A stretch of 64,000 bases of DNA from Lingula anatina (GCA_051362555.1 CM120640.1:13888001-13952000); one strand, 5' to 3'; positions 25,457 to 38,900 are shown, counted from the stretch's first letter. Translations and numbers: made by a program. Notes: generated from the sequence alone by a model not told the origin.

Positions 25457-28400
25457 GATTTTGTTATTTAACATTCATAAATTTTTTTTTATTGCATCAA
25501 AGTTGTGCATCATTATTTTCTGCTTTTTGTCTGTACATTTGACAGCTTTGCTGCCTTGTTTTAAAATAAGTGCTGCCTCTAAATATCTACATTTGTTTGG
25601 CTTTTATTTTGTTTAATTGAAATGATTTTAAATTGTTTTAGGGCACAGGAATACGAGAGCAAAATAAAGTTCTCACCCATGATTTGGACATGCTCAAGAA
25701 AATTTATGGAGAGCAGTCATTTAGTATAAGGTCAGTTTTTTTGATAGGTTTGAACTAATTCCATTATAATTTTTTTTGCTATTTAAAACTGAATCCATTC
25801 AATATTAGTCATGAACTGCTACCTATGATAATAGTATATAAAGAATGAACTGAGTTTATTGTGTTTACAACTTTAACCTTTTAAGGAGATGATATGCATT
25901 AAATTTTTTTTTTTTTTTTAAGGTTGCTTGCAGCTCTAGATAACCTTGATGTCGCATTGAAAATCAGTATGCAGTTTTTGTATGTGAGTAAATTCAGGGT
26001 TTGAAATTTTAAAAAGTACTGAAAATGTAAAAAATATAGACTTTATCAAGAGTGTTTCTGATAAAAATATTTCTGTTGTAGGAATGATAAATGACTTTGT
26101 TAAGCAAAATATTAAACAGTCATTAGACTAAATTACCAACAAAATATGAAGCAAAAGAATATTCATAACTTGGTTTTATACATGTTTTTTTAAAGGAAGA
26201 ACAGGCTAAAGCATGGTGTGTCAACAGAGAAGAGCCTTTAATAGTACGGTTGCACTTAAGTATGTCAGCATATCTGGATGAAGCAGGTCAGGTTTGATGA
26301 TGACAAAGTCAACAAATTTTCTTTTTTTTTGGTCATTCAGAGTACACAAGTTTCACTCAAAACATGATTGGGTGATAAATTGGAATAAGGAAATATTTCT
26401 GGCTCAGTGTTAGTATGAAATCTTTCTAGGAATAATAAAATGACAAGTTTATCAAAGGTATTGATGAGAAATGTAATTTATGCTTTATTACAAAAGCTGG
26501 TTTATCTGTATATCACCCTGTTAACTCATTTAATCTAATACCATTGAACATTGTTTTAGAACCCATGATTGAAGTTTTCCAACCTTCTAGAAAGGAAAAA
26601 TTTGGCATTGGCAGCCAGCTGAAAAAGTGAGCCATTTTCTTACAACATTGAATGTGCTAACTAATATGCTTTAAAGAATCGTGTTTATGTAGTAAACTGT
26701 CAGAAATAGCTTGCCCATGAGCACTGCAGTGATTGTATTAAGTTAACATCTCTTGAATACAACTGCATAACATACATTGTAATTTTAACCTGTAACTTAT
26801 TCCACAGAATTCTAGAATCCTTTATATCCCGGCAGTGGAAAGAATTAAGCAATGCATATGTTGCTAGTCAGCATTTATTCCCTGTGCCTGGCCTTGAGAG
26901 CAAGGATGAAGCAAGGAAGACAAAGTCACCTAGGTAAAGTGACAAATTACTATCAGAAAAAAAGTGCATTAAATATATTTAAGTAACTAATTATGTCCCT
27001 GATGATGGGTCCATCAATCCCTAAAGTTTCGAGTCCCCTCACTCTAATGGTCTAGAATAGATATATCAGAAATTAGAATGTAAAAAAAGAAATTAAATCA
27101 TCTGTCCCCAGGGACAGTCCAGAGCTCAGGCACACATGCAATCCCTGATGTTAGGTCTATCAATCCCCTAAGTGTCAACTTTTTTATTCTAAAGACTAAG
27201 AAGGGGATAGTGGAAGTTACAAATGTGGGGACTGGCGGTTTGATGGACTTGCAGAATAATATGAACCCCGACTTTTGTCACAAAAGAACGGGGATAAAAA
27301 TAAAATACATACATGTACATGTATATATAAGTGTTTTGACCAAGCCTGGAGAAACATATTTCATCTAACTGCTAACACATTTAGTAAAAAGCACATAAAA
27401 TGTTTTATTCTTGCAAGTATTTTCATTCAGTGAGAGCCCTCTGAAGCTGGTAGACGATGCCACTCTTGCCAGACTGGTGGGCATGGGCTTTGACTTGGAG
27501 CGGAGTAGGGAGGCACTGCTGGAGGCCAGGGGAAATGAACAGGAAGCAGTAGCCCTGCTGTGTGGGGATGATAATGCCAGGTCAGTGTGCATGACTTTAT
27601 TTGGATATACTGATGTAGAATACAGACTTGCCATACCAACACCTGGATTTGTATTTGTTGTTGTTATTGTCGCCATTATTACCTTCAGTGACTTTTAGGA
27701 TTAAAATACAGCTTGAGTTTAAAAAAAAAAAAAAACTAGACTGATTGGGTCACATTGGTTTTCTTTTTTTGTGAATTATCCATTTTTCACATGTTATCAT
27801 ATTTGATGTGTCACTTTGAACTCACGGGCCTGTAGCCCTTTGCTAGTTAAATTTTCACAATGCATATGTTAGCTGTAGTAGAAAATTAAAAGTTGTCAGT
27901 GGTTGAATGAATTATTATCATAGTTTTCAGATTATAGATATCAATGTGTTGGACAAATTTTAATTCATTTGAATGGAATGGCGAAGTCCTTGTGATGTGT
28001 TCTTTACTTACCTCATGTAATTGAGTCCTTGAAAAAGGCTTGACTGGTGGGAACATACAGCTATGTTCTATTTTTAACAGTGAAGGTGTAACACATAGAC
28101 AGGAGGTGCCCCAGGATACAGTGCCAAAAACAGACTCGAGCTCAAGATTGAAAAAGTTGCTCAACAGAGGCTCTGCGTCAAGTAAAGGCAGAAAACCTTC
28201 AAAAATGACAGCAGTTGAAGAAAATACCTGTAAAACATCTTCAAGTGCTTCTGAAGGTCCCATTGCTGACCATTGTAACCAGGCACATAAAGTTTTACCT
28301 GGACTTGAATATGGTTGGCTGGTGCAGGTAATGTAGTCATTTTTGATCTGTTAACTAAGTTTTTTTTTCTACCAATTTTTCTTCTCTTTTGATTAAGTTA

Positions 28401-31400
28401 TTTTGAATAAGACTGATTGAAAACATAGGGACCATTCCCAGACCTATTGTGCTAACTGTGATTTAACTATCTCATTTTTTTCAGTTTGGTGTGTGTATAT
28501 TTGCAAGCTTTGCTGTCTACTTTGTGACCTTATTTACTATTTCTTTTTTTTTTTTAGATGATGCGTTATGCCCAACAGAGGGTGCCAACTATGAATGAAT
28601 TCTGTGTTGTCTGTGATGAACCTCATGAATTTCAAAATGGTGGTATGCTGAAGGTAGGATTGTATGTGCTCATGATGAAGGCTAGTTCGTTCTAACTGCT
28701 CTATAGTCATCTAAGAGATAGATAGATGATTGTTTGTCCAACTTCTTAGAAATGTTTTCCAGCTTTGTATTTATTATTGATAATTATGAGTTAACCCCCA
28801 GTTCATATATTTGAGCCTCAAATATGCTACTATTATCTTTTTAGCCTGCAGTTTGTTCTAGAGAACTGTGTGTGTTTGCATATCAAACACTAGGAGTCAT
28901 GCATTATGCTGCAGAAGAAATAGCATCTGCAGCTGAGGTATGTAAAACACTGTCACTGTGTCATTTTATTTGTTATATTCATATGAAGAGGTAGGTCTCA
29001 CTCTTGTTTTTTATAACCTAAAAAGTTTTGCAAAATTAAGAAGCAGTCATGTTTTGGAAGGCTTGTATGCATTTTCCATGATGTTGATCACTGTAAACAT
29101 TGACAAAATGGAAACAACATCAGTTATACAGGAATATACGTATTTGTGTTTAATGGAGTTAGAAATGAATTTTTTCTGTTAAATGTCAATGTTTGCCAGC
29201 TTTGCTGTCTAGTAATATATATTTTTTATAAAAATTAGACTTGACAGTAACATCAGATTCTGTATAAATTGATACAGGTTGTTGATCTAATGGTTAACAT
29301 GGCAAAGTCAGCATGTTTATCACCAAGAAGAGATGTGATTTTTGATCCTTATCCCACCGTTGTAAACCCACTGATTCCAACTGAACTAGCATTTAACCCA
29401 AAGGTAAGTTTAGATTTCCCCAGCAAAACTTACATAGTTGCATTTTTTAACATTTGACTTTCCTTCCCCATCAGTGTAGAATACCATTTAATGACATTTT
29501 ATATTGAACAGGAATTTTTTCGTCAGTTTTCTATATTTTTCTCATAGAGTGATACTTAATGATGCCTGTTGGTGTATTTTACTGTTTCCAGAAGAAAGAT
29601 TTTTCCTCAGTGATAAATTGTTTTCAATGCATTCCTGATATGGGCACCATGACCCAGATGTCTGCTGTGGAGTTAAAGCAGTCATTAGATAAAGCTAACC
29701 CTGTGGCATACCCTCTTTTACAGTGGTGAGTCTAAAACCCCGTTTCCATACCTAGATCAATCTAGTAGGATCGACCCATCTCTAAGGGGATTCTCGCTAA
29801 ATTGCATTCAGCTTAAGCAGTTTAGATGTTTGGCACGCCTACCGAAGCTACTAAACAATAGTTAAGTACCCCCTAACAGCTTCAGTAGGCGTGCCAGGCA
29901 TTATAACCACTTAAGCTGAATAGGTATGGGAACGGGGTCTAAAAGTGAACATGTTATTGTGAAAGCAAGTATCTCATAATATTAGCATCACAGTTTAACA
30001 TGCTTGGTTGAACCATCAATAGTTTATATTATGGTTGTGATTTAAGTATATTTTAATAAAAACCATACAAGCAAGTCTTTTTTCCACATAGGTTACTAGA
30101 TTATGTTAGGAATCATGTAGACAACTGCTTTTTTCCACTGATTACTAAAGATAAGTTAATGCAATTCATTTACAAATATAATCTAAAATACTGCTTATGC
30201 TGTTTATCTACAGGGTAATATCCAGTAATAGGTGTCATATTGTCAAGCTACACACTTCAAAGGTGAGATATTTTGCTCAGTTAAGGAATCAAAATGAATA
30301 AGGATGATAAGTGACAGTGAATGAAAAGTTTACTGCTAAAATAATAAAATAAAAAAGTAATTGACTTCAACTTTTCAAATTTTATTTCAGCAACTTCACT
30401 TCATGAACACACCTCACCAGTTTCTTCTGCTGAGCAGTCCACCAGCAAAAGAAGCCAAATTCCGAGCAGCAAAATCAAAATATGGAAGCACATTTGCATT
30501 TCAGTAAGTATTATAGCCTAGTTAATTTATAAAGTGGAAATATTGCATTGTAGGCAAATTGTAGGCAAATTGTTAGTATGTTACAGGGAAAAGATTACTT
30601 CTTTAAGGGATTCAACTCTACTTATTACATGAAACATTTGCATTGATTTTAACTAGATAGTTTATATAAATTTAGTGACAATTTTGAGAATTGCTTTCCT
30701 TACAGTGGGTCTTGCATTGAAAACTGGCATTCAATCATAAGGAAAGGGCTAGTCAACGCATCAGGGACCAAGCTTCAGGTAGTAAAACCTTAAAGTTTAA
30801 AGAAGTTTTTACTCTTCACTGAAACTATTTAATATAACCATCTTTGATATCGCCAGAATTTAATAATTTTTGAAAATTAAAAGGAATTCTTTATGTCGAA
30901 GGATATTTTATTATAATTATAACCATCAACATTATTAGTACCACCAGCGTGTACGCTGGTGGTACTCATGGTTTTAGTCCCGACCCGTCTCGTACAGCTC
31001 CGCCAGCTCCGCAGTTGGGCGCCAAAAACAAGTCACCATTACCGCTTCTCCTCCTAGACCGCAAGGACCTGTGTCCCCATCTCTTGGATTAAGGTCACAT
31101 ATAATCTCAACTTGAACACCCTGGTTTTTTTGTCTCTGTCAGTGCATTGGCCTGGGCATGACGCTTGTTGAAATACACCCTTGTCAAATTTTTTGAAAAT
31201 TCAATGCTAAATATCTCCCAAACCGAAGGAATAATGGGAAAAATTACTACAGAAGTCTGACTGAAAGTCATATGTGGAGATTCCAAATATGCCCTTGGAT
31301 TTGACTTTTGACCTTTTTTTCAAGGTCAAACAAGCCAAAAATTTGTAAAAATGGGAATTTTCTGCAAAAAAAAAATTTGTTTGTGCTAATTTTTGGAAAC

Positions 31401-34400
31401 TACACAGCCCTAAGCTCTCCTGTTATAGTGAGGGGTTACAATTGGGGACTCCTTTCATCTTTGGGAGTTTGGGGTCAATCGGTGCATTTTCACAGGAGAA
31501 GCAGCCATTATTTACCGAAACTGAAAACTCGCTCTAATTCTGGAACGGTAAATGTCAGAGACCTCTTGTTTGTTGCATTTTGTAGACCTTGTCAAGTGCA
31601 ATACAGGAGGTGGTGTCCATTTTTTGTTTTCAAGATGGTTTAGGCGTTGCGCTATATCAAAAATTACAACATTGCAATATTTAGAGGAGAAAATGTGAAA
31701 TACTCCAAAATTAGCAGAGATACGCCCATAGTTACTATTGCACTTCAATAGGAAGTCATATACTGGCAATCTAAATATGACCCTGAAATTGACCTTTGAC
31801 CTACTTTTCACCATGAACTGAACTTTGCAAATTTGCCAGCCGTTATATCTCCAAAACTGGCAGAGATACACCCATAGTTACTGTTGAACTTGAATAGGAA
31901 GTCATATACTGGCAATCTTATTGTGACCTTGGAATTGACTTTTGACCTACTTTTCACCATGAACTGAACATTGCAAATTTTCTATCCCTTATATCTCGAA
32001 AACTTGCAGAGATATGTCCAAAGTTACTATTGAACTTGAATAGGAAGTCATGTACTGGCAATCTTACTGTGGCCTTGAAATTGACCTTTGACCTACTATT
32101 TATGATGAACTGCACTTTGCATGTTTCCTGGCCTTCATATCTCCAAAATTGGCAAAGAAATGCCCATAGCTACTAATGAACTTATATGGGAAGTCGTATA
32201 CTGTGACATTGAAATTGACCTTTGACCTACTTTTTCACCACAAACTGAACTCTGCATATTTTCTTACCCCTCATATCTTCAAAACTAGCAGAGATCTGCC
32301 CACTGTTGTCCCTAGGTTATCTCTTTTGTCAGCATATATGCAATACTGATAACGCATTTCAAGGAAAACCAATAGGCCTATTGTCTAGAAAATCACAGGA
32401 GTGATCAGCGTTAGCAAAATGCAGGTCAGTTTGAACATCTGCTTGATTGGACTATTTTAACAGTTATGTTTTCCATTTTTTTTTTTTTTTGCATATTTTG
32501 AGAACTCTTGTTTATTGCATTTTATAGAGCTTGTCAAGCACAAGACTGGTGGTGGGGTCCATTTTTTTTTTTTTGGGGGGGGGGGGTCCATACGAATGTG
32601 CTTACTCCAGCTGGTGGTACAATATCTAGAGGCGGTATCACCTCTCTGATCCTCTAGTTGTTGTTGTTGTTGTCAAGTGTGCCTGATGTAAATGTAGTAC
32701 AAAAGACATTGAAATATGACATTACCTATATGGGAGAACAGAAGGACCAGGAAAATAAATTTTAAAACTTATCTAGTAAGGTGGGGAGTTGAAATATTAT
32801 GTTGGACTTCAAAGTAAGTTTTTTGAAAAAAAAAATGTGCACTTGGAGGATTTCCAGATTTTTCCTGCCACTAATAAGTATTTGAAGTTAGCCCAAATTC
32901 AATACAGGTCATCTAGACTGACAGAAAGCATTGCACAGCCCTGTTTTATTCCATTTTTAATATAATGACTGAGTTCTAAATGACTAGCCATGACTTCTTG
33001 TGTAGGAAGGATATATCTAGGTCAGTTACTTGTATTTGAGGGGTACCTTTTTATTTTTATTGTCCCTATTTGGATATGTAAACGTTTTCAAATGCATGCA
33101 TACAGTGTACTTTTCAGCATAGTATTTTTTTTTATTTTCAAAGGTAAATGGAGCAGCTTATGGCAATGGCATTTACTTGAGTCCCCAGGCAAAACTGTCA
33201 TTTAATTACTCTGGAAAGGTACAATACTTACCACCACGGTCCACTAAGAAAGAACAAACCCCTGTTGGGAAAACCACTTCCACAAAAGAGGTAATATGTT
33301 GTTTTTCATATGTTCTGTTTCTTTATATCAACATTCAGAGAAGAAAGGAGGAATTGATGTAATAAAGAATGACTTAAAAATGTATGATTAGATAATATCA
33401 TAGAATAAACAGGTATATCTGTGAAATATTGACTCCAAACATATGTTAGTTCTGGTCTCTTGCAGTACTTTTCCTCAAATTTTGTCACAATCATTGTTTA
33501 ACTACTGTATAACAGTTTTAATTCAGAACAAATTCTTTCATATTGACTAATACTAATCATTGATTACAAATTTTAGACTAGTTCCCAAAGCAGTGTATCT
33601 GGACAGAAGTTCCTAAGTCACTCAAACAGGCTTTCATGTATCGCTCTGTGTGAGGTTGTCACCAGTGAACATTTGAAGAAGCATGGTCCCATCTGGGTTT
33701 GCCCTAATCCAGATCATGTTTGCACAAGATTCTTTTTTGTGTGAGTCATATTTTGAAAATATATTAAATTTATTTTTGGTTACCAGATATATTGAATGGA
33801 TAAAAAAGTTAACATAAGCATCTTTATAAGTTGGCCTTTTTCTCAAGAGTGCACAGTGTGTAGTCTTTGGCTGTATTCCCAGAGCTTTTAGATCGATCTA
33901 TCCCCGCGGGGAGTCTCACTAGATTACTGTCAGGTAATCCGGCTTAAATGTCCGTCCCGCCTACTACAAGGGGGTAATTAACTTTCGTGTATGCTCAGCT
34001 GACAGCTATTTAGCGTGAACCCCCAGGGAGTTAGGTCGATCTAAAGTAGATCGATCTAATCTCTGGAAATGGGGTGTTAGTGTGCATTCAGAACAGCAGA
34101 CAAACAGATTCGTGGTTCAAATATGGCCACCCACTAAAAAGCTTACCACTTAATTCCCGATTAGACACTGAATAGATCTCCCACAGGGATTACACAACAA
34201 GCATTCAAGTGGGATTGGCCATATTTGATCTATAGATCTGTTAGTCCACTGTTCTGAATCCCCAGGCTCTTTGACCATTTATGTTAAACTTCCTTTACTT
34301 AACCCTGTCTTCCAGATACGAAGATCACAATGGCCAAGTCCCAGATGTCCATACCCAGAAAGAAGGCTTCAAGCAGAGGATTCAAGATGTTGCAGAATCT

Positions 34401-34403
34401 TAG
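25110..34403 (+). CDS. PARP6: PARP6/PARP8-family mono-ADP-ribosyltransferase (H-Y-I type) with an extra UBA-like domain, ~692 aa
   Basis: 18 phase-consistent exons: 25110-25274, 25642-25730, 25923-25983, 26196-26286, 26560-26626, 26808-26933, 27431-27580, 28081-28327, 28558-28653, 28845-28937, 29278-29403, 29592-29725, 30214-30262, 30391-30503, 30706-30778, 33144-33290, 33577-33740, 34316-34403. Motifs: PTMNEFCVVCDEPH, PAVCSRELC, FHGSCIENWHSI, GAAYGNGIYLSP, GPIWVCPNPDHVCTRFFFVYE. Probably co-orthologous to vertebrate PARP6 and PARP8. Confidence 0.93.
25367..25455. repeat. (TG)n microsatellite
   Basis: Read directly; pure run. Confidence 0.95.
26990..27300 (-). mobile_element. Degenerate HINE-like fragment
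   Basis: Terminal hairpin CCCCGACTTTTGTCACAAAAGAACGGGG followed by ATAAAA (~27266-27300); duplicated internal motif ATCAATCCC(C)TAA. Confidence 0.45.
29736..29939. mobile_element. PIF/Harbinger-type MITE, second subfamily
   Basis: TIRs AACCCCGTTTCCATACCT and AGGTATGGGAACGGGGTC; TAA on both flanks; related copy at ~63260-63475. Confidence 0.8.
30932..32657 (+). mobile_element. HINE with a 146-bp internal tandem array, copy 1 (PARP intron)
   Basis: 5' TT + GTACCACCAGCGT-g-TACGCTGGTGGTAC hairpin; 146-bp repeats at ~31700-32300; 3' subTIR GCTGGTGGTAC, hairpin AGAGGCGGTATCACCTCT, and a CTAG end followed by T-rich sequence. Confidence 0.88.
33869..34076 (-). mobile_element. PIF/Harbinger MITE, copy 2 (inverted relative to 24596-24810)
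   Basis: Reverse complement aligns with copy 1 with a few substitutions and a short central deletion; flanks are TTT and TTA. Confidence 0.82.
34080..34263. mobile_element. Second MITE abutting the previous one
   Basis: Inverted arms GCATTCAGAACAGCAGACAAACAGAT...CAAATATGGCCA and TGGCCATATTTG...ATCTGTTAGTCCACTGTTCTGAATCC. Confidence 0.7.
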
Positions 34404-35997
34404 TGACAGCTAATATTTAACATGCCTTGAGAAGGAATATTTGTTTCCTTGAAAAGAATCAGTTTCTTGTTGTATTATGTCTTACTAGTCCAAGTGTACA
34501 ATTAATGACCAACGGAAGATTGGATGGCAATTAACTGATCTATCTAATTTTGCTCATTTTATGCAATGTTGGTGCATTTGAGTTTTCTAAATATGTTGTG
34601 TAGATTTTTTTAAGGCTCAAGATTGATATAGATCGTCAGAAATAACAACCCTTAAGATCTGAGGCACACCCAAAAAGCTGTACTACATGATCGGGTGGCA
34701 TTAGAAAGTGTCTTCTTTGTGTTACGTTCATACTCTCATGAACAGTTTTTGACATTCCCAGTACACGGTATTGAAGCAAGTTTGTAAACTTCAGCCTATA
34801 CATAACCATTGTGATTTTCATTCATGTGTTTCATATATTTGCTTTCCCACACTGCAATCTGCTATTTTTATGAAATATATAAGTGCATGCACAGAAATAT
34901 CTAGGATGTTACTGTACAATTGGGACATCGTTGTTAAAATAAAAATGTGCAATTGGACATTTGATTTTTTCAAATGTTTTTATGTATAGACAAGTGATGT
35001 AGCCATCACCTGCATCATTGCCATGCACTTCACTGTTAATGCAATATATGGAAAACTGTGTGACTTGTTAGTCTCAAACTTGCTGGAGTGATCTTTGCCA
35101 AGTAGATTATTTTTCTCAAAGTTGTGTAGTTTTTATTATTATTATTATTATTTTTGGTGCATTCTTCATTTTTCACTATTTAATATTTTCAAGTGAGGAG
35201 TATAAAGTAAAACTGTTTCTTATTATTGTCAAACTTAGAAGAATAATTCAGTAGTTTCAGAAAAGGGTTCTGTTATCTTTAAAGATTTTCAATGTGTCAA
35301 ATGCATTGCACAAAGTATAGTGAATGAACTTGATCATCTCAAATCTAACAGGGGTCTTTCATCAAATTTTGTAATGGTTAGAGAGGTCTGAGAAAGACCC
35401 CTGGTGGAGAATAAGTAACTCGTAGTTTGTAATAATGCTTCAAGTACAAACAGAAAAATTGGGTAATATTGCAGTATTCATATGCCAATAGGAGTTTAAG
35501 TGTATTTTATGCTGGTTGTGTGTTTGGGAAATACTCTCCAAAATTTTTATTTGATGCTAATAATAAGACCTGCAAAAGTATTGAGTTTTTCAAAACTTTA
35601 CTGAAAATATAATTTTGATAATATATTTAAAGTATGAGTATTTAAAATAACATCATTTTATTTAGTAATGCTGCTCAATGATAGCTTGTGTCCTTTTTAT
35701 CGTCATTGACAAATTATTTTATCATCTGCTCTAAATAAATTTTGACATTCTGTAACTTATAAGAGGTGTATCAAAAAGGACTTGATCATCATCATCATCA
35801 TCAATTATTATTATCATCAAGTCCTGCCTGTAGTCAGTCTGCATACAGAAAAGGAAGAACTTGTTATTGCGATTTGCAATTTGTCTCGAAAAGGAATCCC
35901 TTGTCGTTTAACACCCTCGTTCTATCTCTATGAGTGTTTTTGGGGATAAGTATCCAAAAGCTTCCAATCTCTTTCGTTCTGTGTGAAATTTCACTTG

Positions 35998-38900
35998 TCA
36001 ATCACCACCAGCTTTCAGCATTCCCATCCTTGATAAAAGTGATCTCGTTTTTCTGTCATCATCATTCCCAGTTTTAGTTCTAGGGCTGTCTCTTCCTGAG
36101 TGTGAAGAGGATTTACTGGCAATTTGTTTGAGTCCCTTTTTACCAAGATTCCCCCATTTCCCTTTGGATTTGCTGGCAGGTCTTGACATATGCAAAAGTT
36201 TATCTGAAATGACGATGAAAACTATGATATAATGATTGAAGGATTAATATTTTTCTTGCAGTGGACGGACAAGGGCTCGTGGCAGATATAAACCTAGGCC
36301 TACTTATGTTGTTTCCTTCAGGGTATGCGCTACCTTGGGGAAAGTAGCGGGTTATTTGTTTCAAGTTTGAAACAAAGACTAGTCGTACATATGCTATAAG
36401 TTCTCGTTTTATTCTTCATTGCATTTCCAGCACAAAACATCCTGTTAGCTGTTTAACTGGAGAAAGATGCCAATAAACCACTTTTGAAAATATTCTTAAT
36501 ACGACTTTTGAGATGCAGGTGCAATATTGTGAATATCATGTATACCTTTGACACATGTGTGGTAACTGCCTAACAACAATAGCTCAGGTCGGGGTTCATT
36601 TCAAGGTTGACCTCAAAGCCCCTGCATTTCTTTTGTTGTTTAATTGGAAGTGTATTTCAGTGTTGTAAATCACAAAATTGGAAACATTTATTGTACAGAA
36701 AATTGTATTCATGACGTCAGGGTTTCCTTACAAATGCGAGGTTCACTTTGTGTACACACAAACTGGCATTCAAATGACAAACTGATCAGGGCAACAGTGG
36801 TTAATATATTTTCGGTAACAACAAACATTGACATGCACGCAAACACACCTTTTATCACTTAAAATTTAATTTTGTTGGTTTTAAACAATTTTATATTTCA
36901 TAGGCCCTATACTTACAATGTAGCTCAGGATTTGATTTATCCAAATTTTGTAGTAGAGGCGTATACTTGTTCGGTAAATTGCCCGCTTGTTCTGAAAGTA
37001 ATATGGAAATATAACTTTTTTATAACCGAACATATAATAAAACTTTGAATTCGCATTGACTTAAGAAAGTTTTAAGTTTAATATTGCCAAAATCTATTTA
37101 TTTAAATTTAGTTAATACTGTAGTTAATTGGTAGGGCACAGACAGAACAGTTTGTTGCGACAGACGGCAGTTTGTAACCGACTTACTTTCTATTTTGATT
37201 AAGACATAAATTTCCCTCGTTTGCAGGGAATCACAAGCGTACTCCCTCAGTTTGGCACCAAGATTCGTCACATGACCCTGCATGTCCACAAGGTCAATAA
37301 CAACTGAAAAATAAATTGAATTGAACATTTATAAAATATTTATTTTAACGTATTAAGAAGGAAGTTAACACACGAAAAGAGGGGAGAAAAATTTGCTTTC
37401 ACATATCTATAGGGTACTGGAACTAACTTTTTGCAGTTAAGCTATCCAACTCATATAAAATCATTATCTCTTATTTGTAATATGCATTCCCTTCTGTGGA
37501 CAAATCACTTCTGTCAGTATGTTTGTTGTCTTTATAAACTGAAATCAGGGACATGTATCTTTCTCTCCGCGATGTTTTATCTGTTCTCTATTTTGAATCT
37601 GCTTGGATTTATCAACGCAAGGCGCCTGTATTCCTGTTATCATAATCGTGATGACAAATACATGTAGTATAAAGACCAGTATATCTTGGTGTAGGCTATA
37701 CGTTTGTACACTGTAAAATATTATAAAATTATGGACTTTTGGTGAGGTGACCTCTGGGATATATTCCTTGTTATGTAACCCGTCATTGGAATTTTAAATA
37801 AAGAACCGCAAACTAGTTTTATACGTCACTGGAAACCCAACATTATTATCAGCAGTTTTATCATTATACTTCAGTGATACTTGCTCATTATTCTCGTATA
37901 TCTATTCAATTTTGTATTTATCATGTAACCTCTGCAATTCAAAATGAGTGTCATACGATGGCTTAAACAAAATTGATTAATTCGCGTACTATACATCATG
38001 CTTATAATAGAGCCATCCCTATAATGTGCTTTACAGTGGTAGTGCCGTTATTTCTTGGCAAAATGCAGGATTTCTGACATCGCACATTCTTCTCAGTATT
38101 GAAGATACATGTGCCATCAGTCAGCTAAGCAGTGTTTTCTTTATAATAAAAGCAATCACATCTTAAGCCAGGCCGGTAAGCCAGGTATGGCTGAGAATGG
38201 TGGTAGTGGGGTGGGGTGGTGGGGGGGTTGTCGTCTAAAACACCTTTGCTACTCTTGTATTTGCTAGCAGGTATTTGAGCCGCCTGTGGTATTCATCTAC
38301 ATGGAAACGCCTACTGAAGAAAACTTGAGAGCGCGCTGGCCGAAGGAAAAGAAACTACGAGACTTCTGACTCTTCAGACTGAGAGAAAGAAAGAGGCAAA
38401 CACTTTTCAAAAATCTGTGGGAAGAGGGGTGGGTGCAACTGTGCCTGTGTTTATAGAGTTCACTTACTTTCTTTATCACATTTGCATATCTTCCGTATAG
38501 AGTCTAAAAGACAAATTATCGTGCACCATGGGTTGAAGAGAGCTTCCTTGTTATCTGAAACACAGAGCTTAGAAAATGTAGACATGGTAAATCAGAAATA
38601 ACACGCTAATCACAAAAGTAGACAGCGATAAAGTATCCTTTTATCATACGCCGACTGGACATGAACTAAATTTTCTCATCGTTAACTAAAATTAACGATA
38701 AAGGAATGAGATATACACAGATGTGTTTTGTAACCTTAATTTGGACACAGCTGTACGATTTAGTGTCGCTATAAGTTGTCAAAGCTACAGTGGGGTAGGG
38801 TTACCAGATGAACACGACTGAGCGCGTAATACACACTTTAATGCGCTCGTTGCCCAGGTGATCACAAAACAAACCATTCAAAGTGAGAGGCTTGGGTGAT

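Noticed and set aside
25368-25616. ORFs with VC, YI, HT or FIYL runs (also 44746, 51762, 57452, 57695, 62805)
   Set aside because: Translations of microsatellites.
31308-31871. 111-aa and 119-aa ORFs inside the HINE
   Set aside because: No Rep, helicase or transposase motifs; chance ORFs in repeat DNA.
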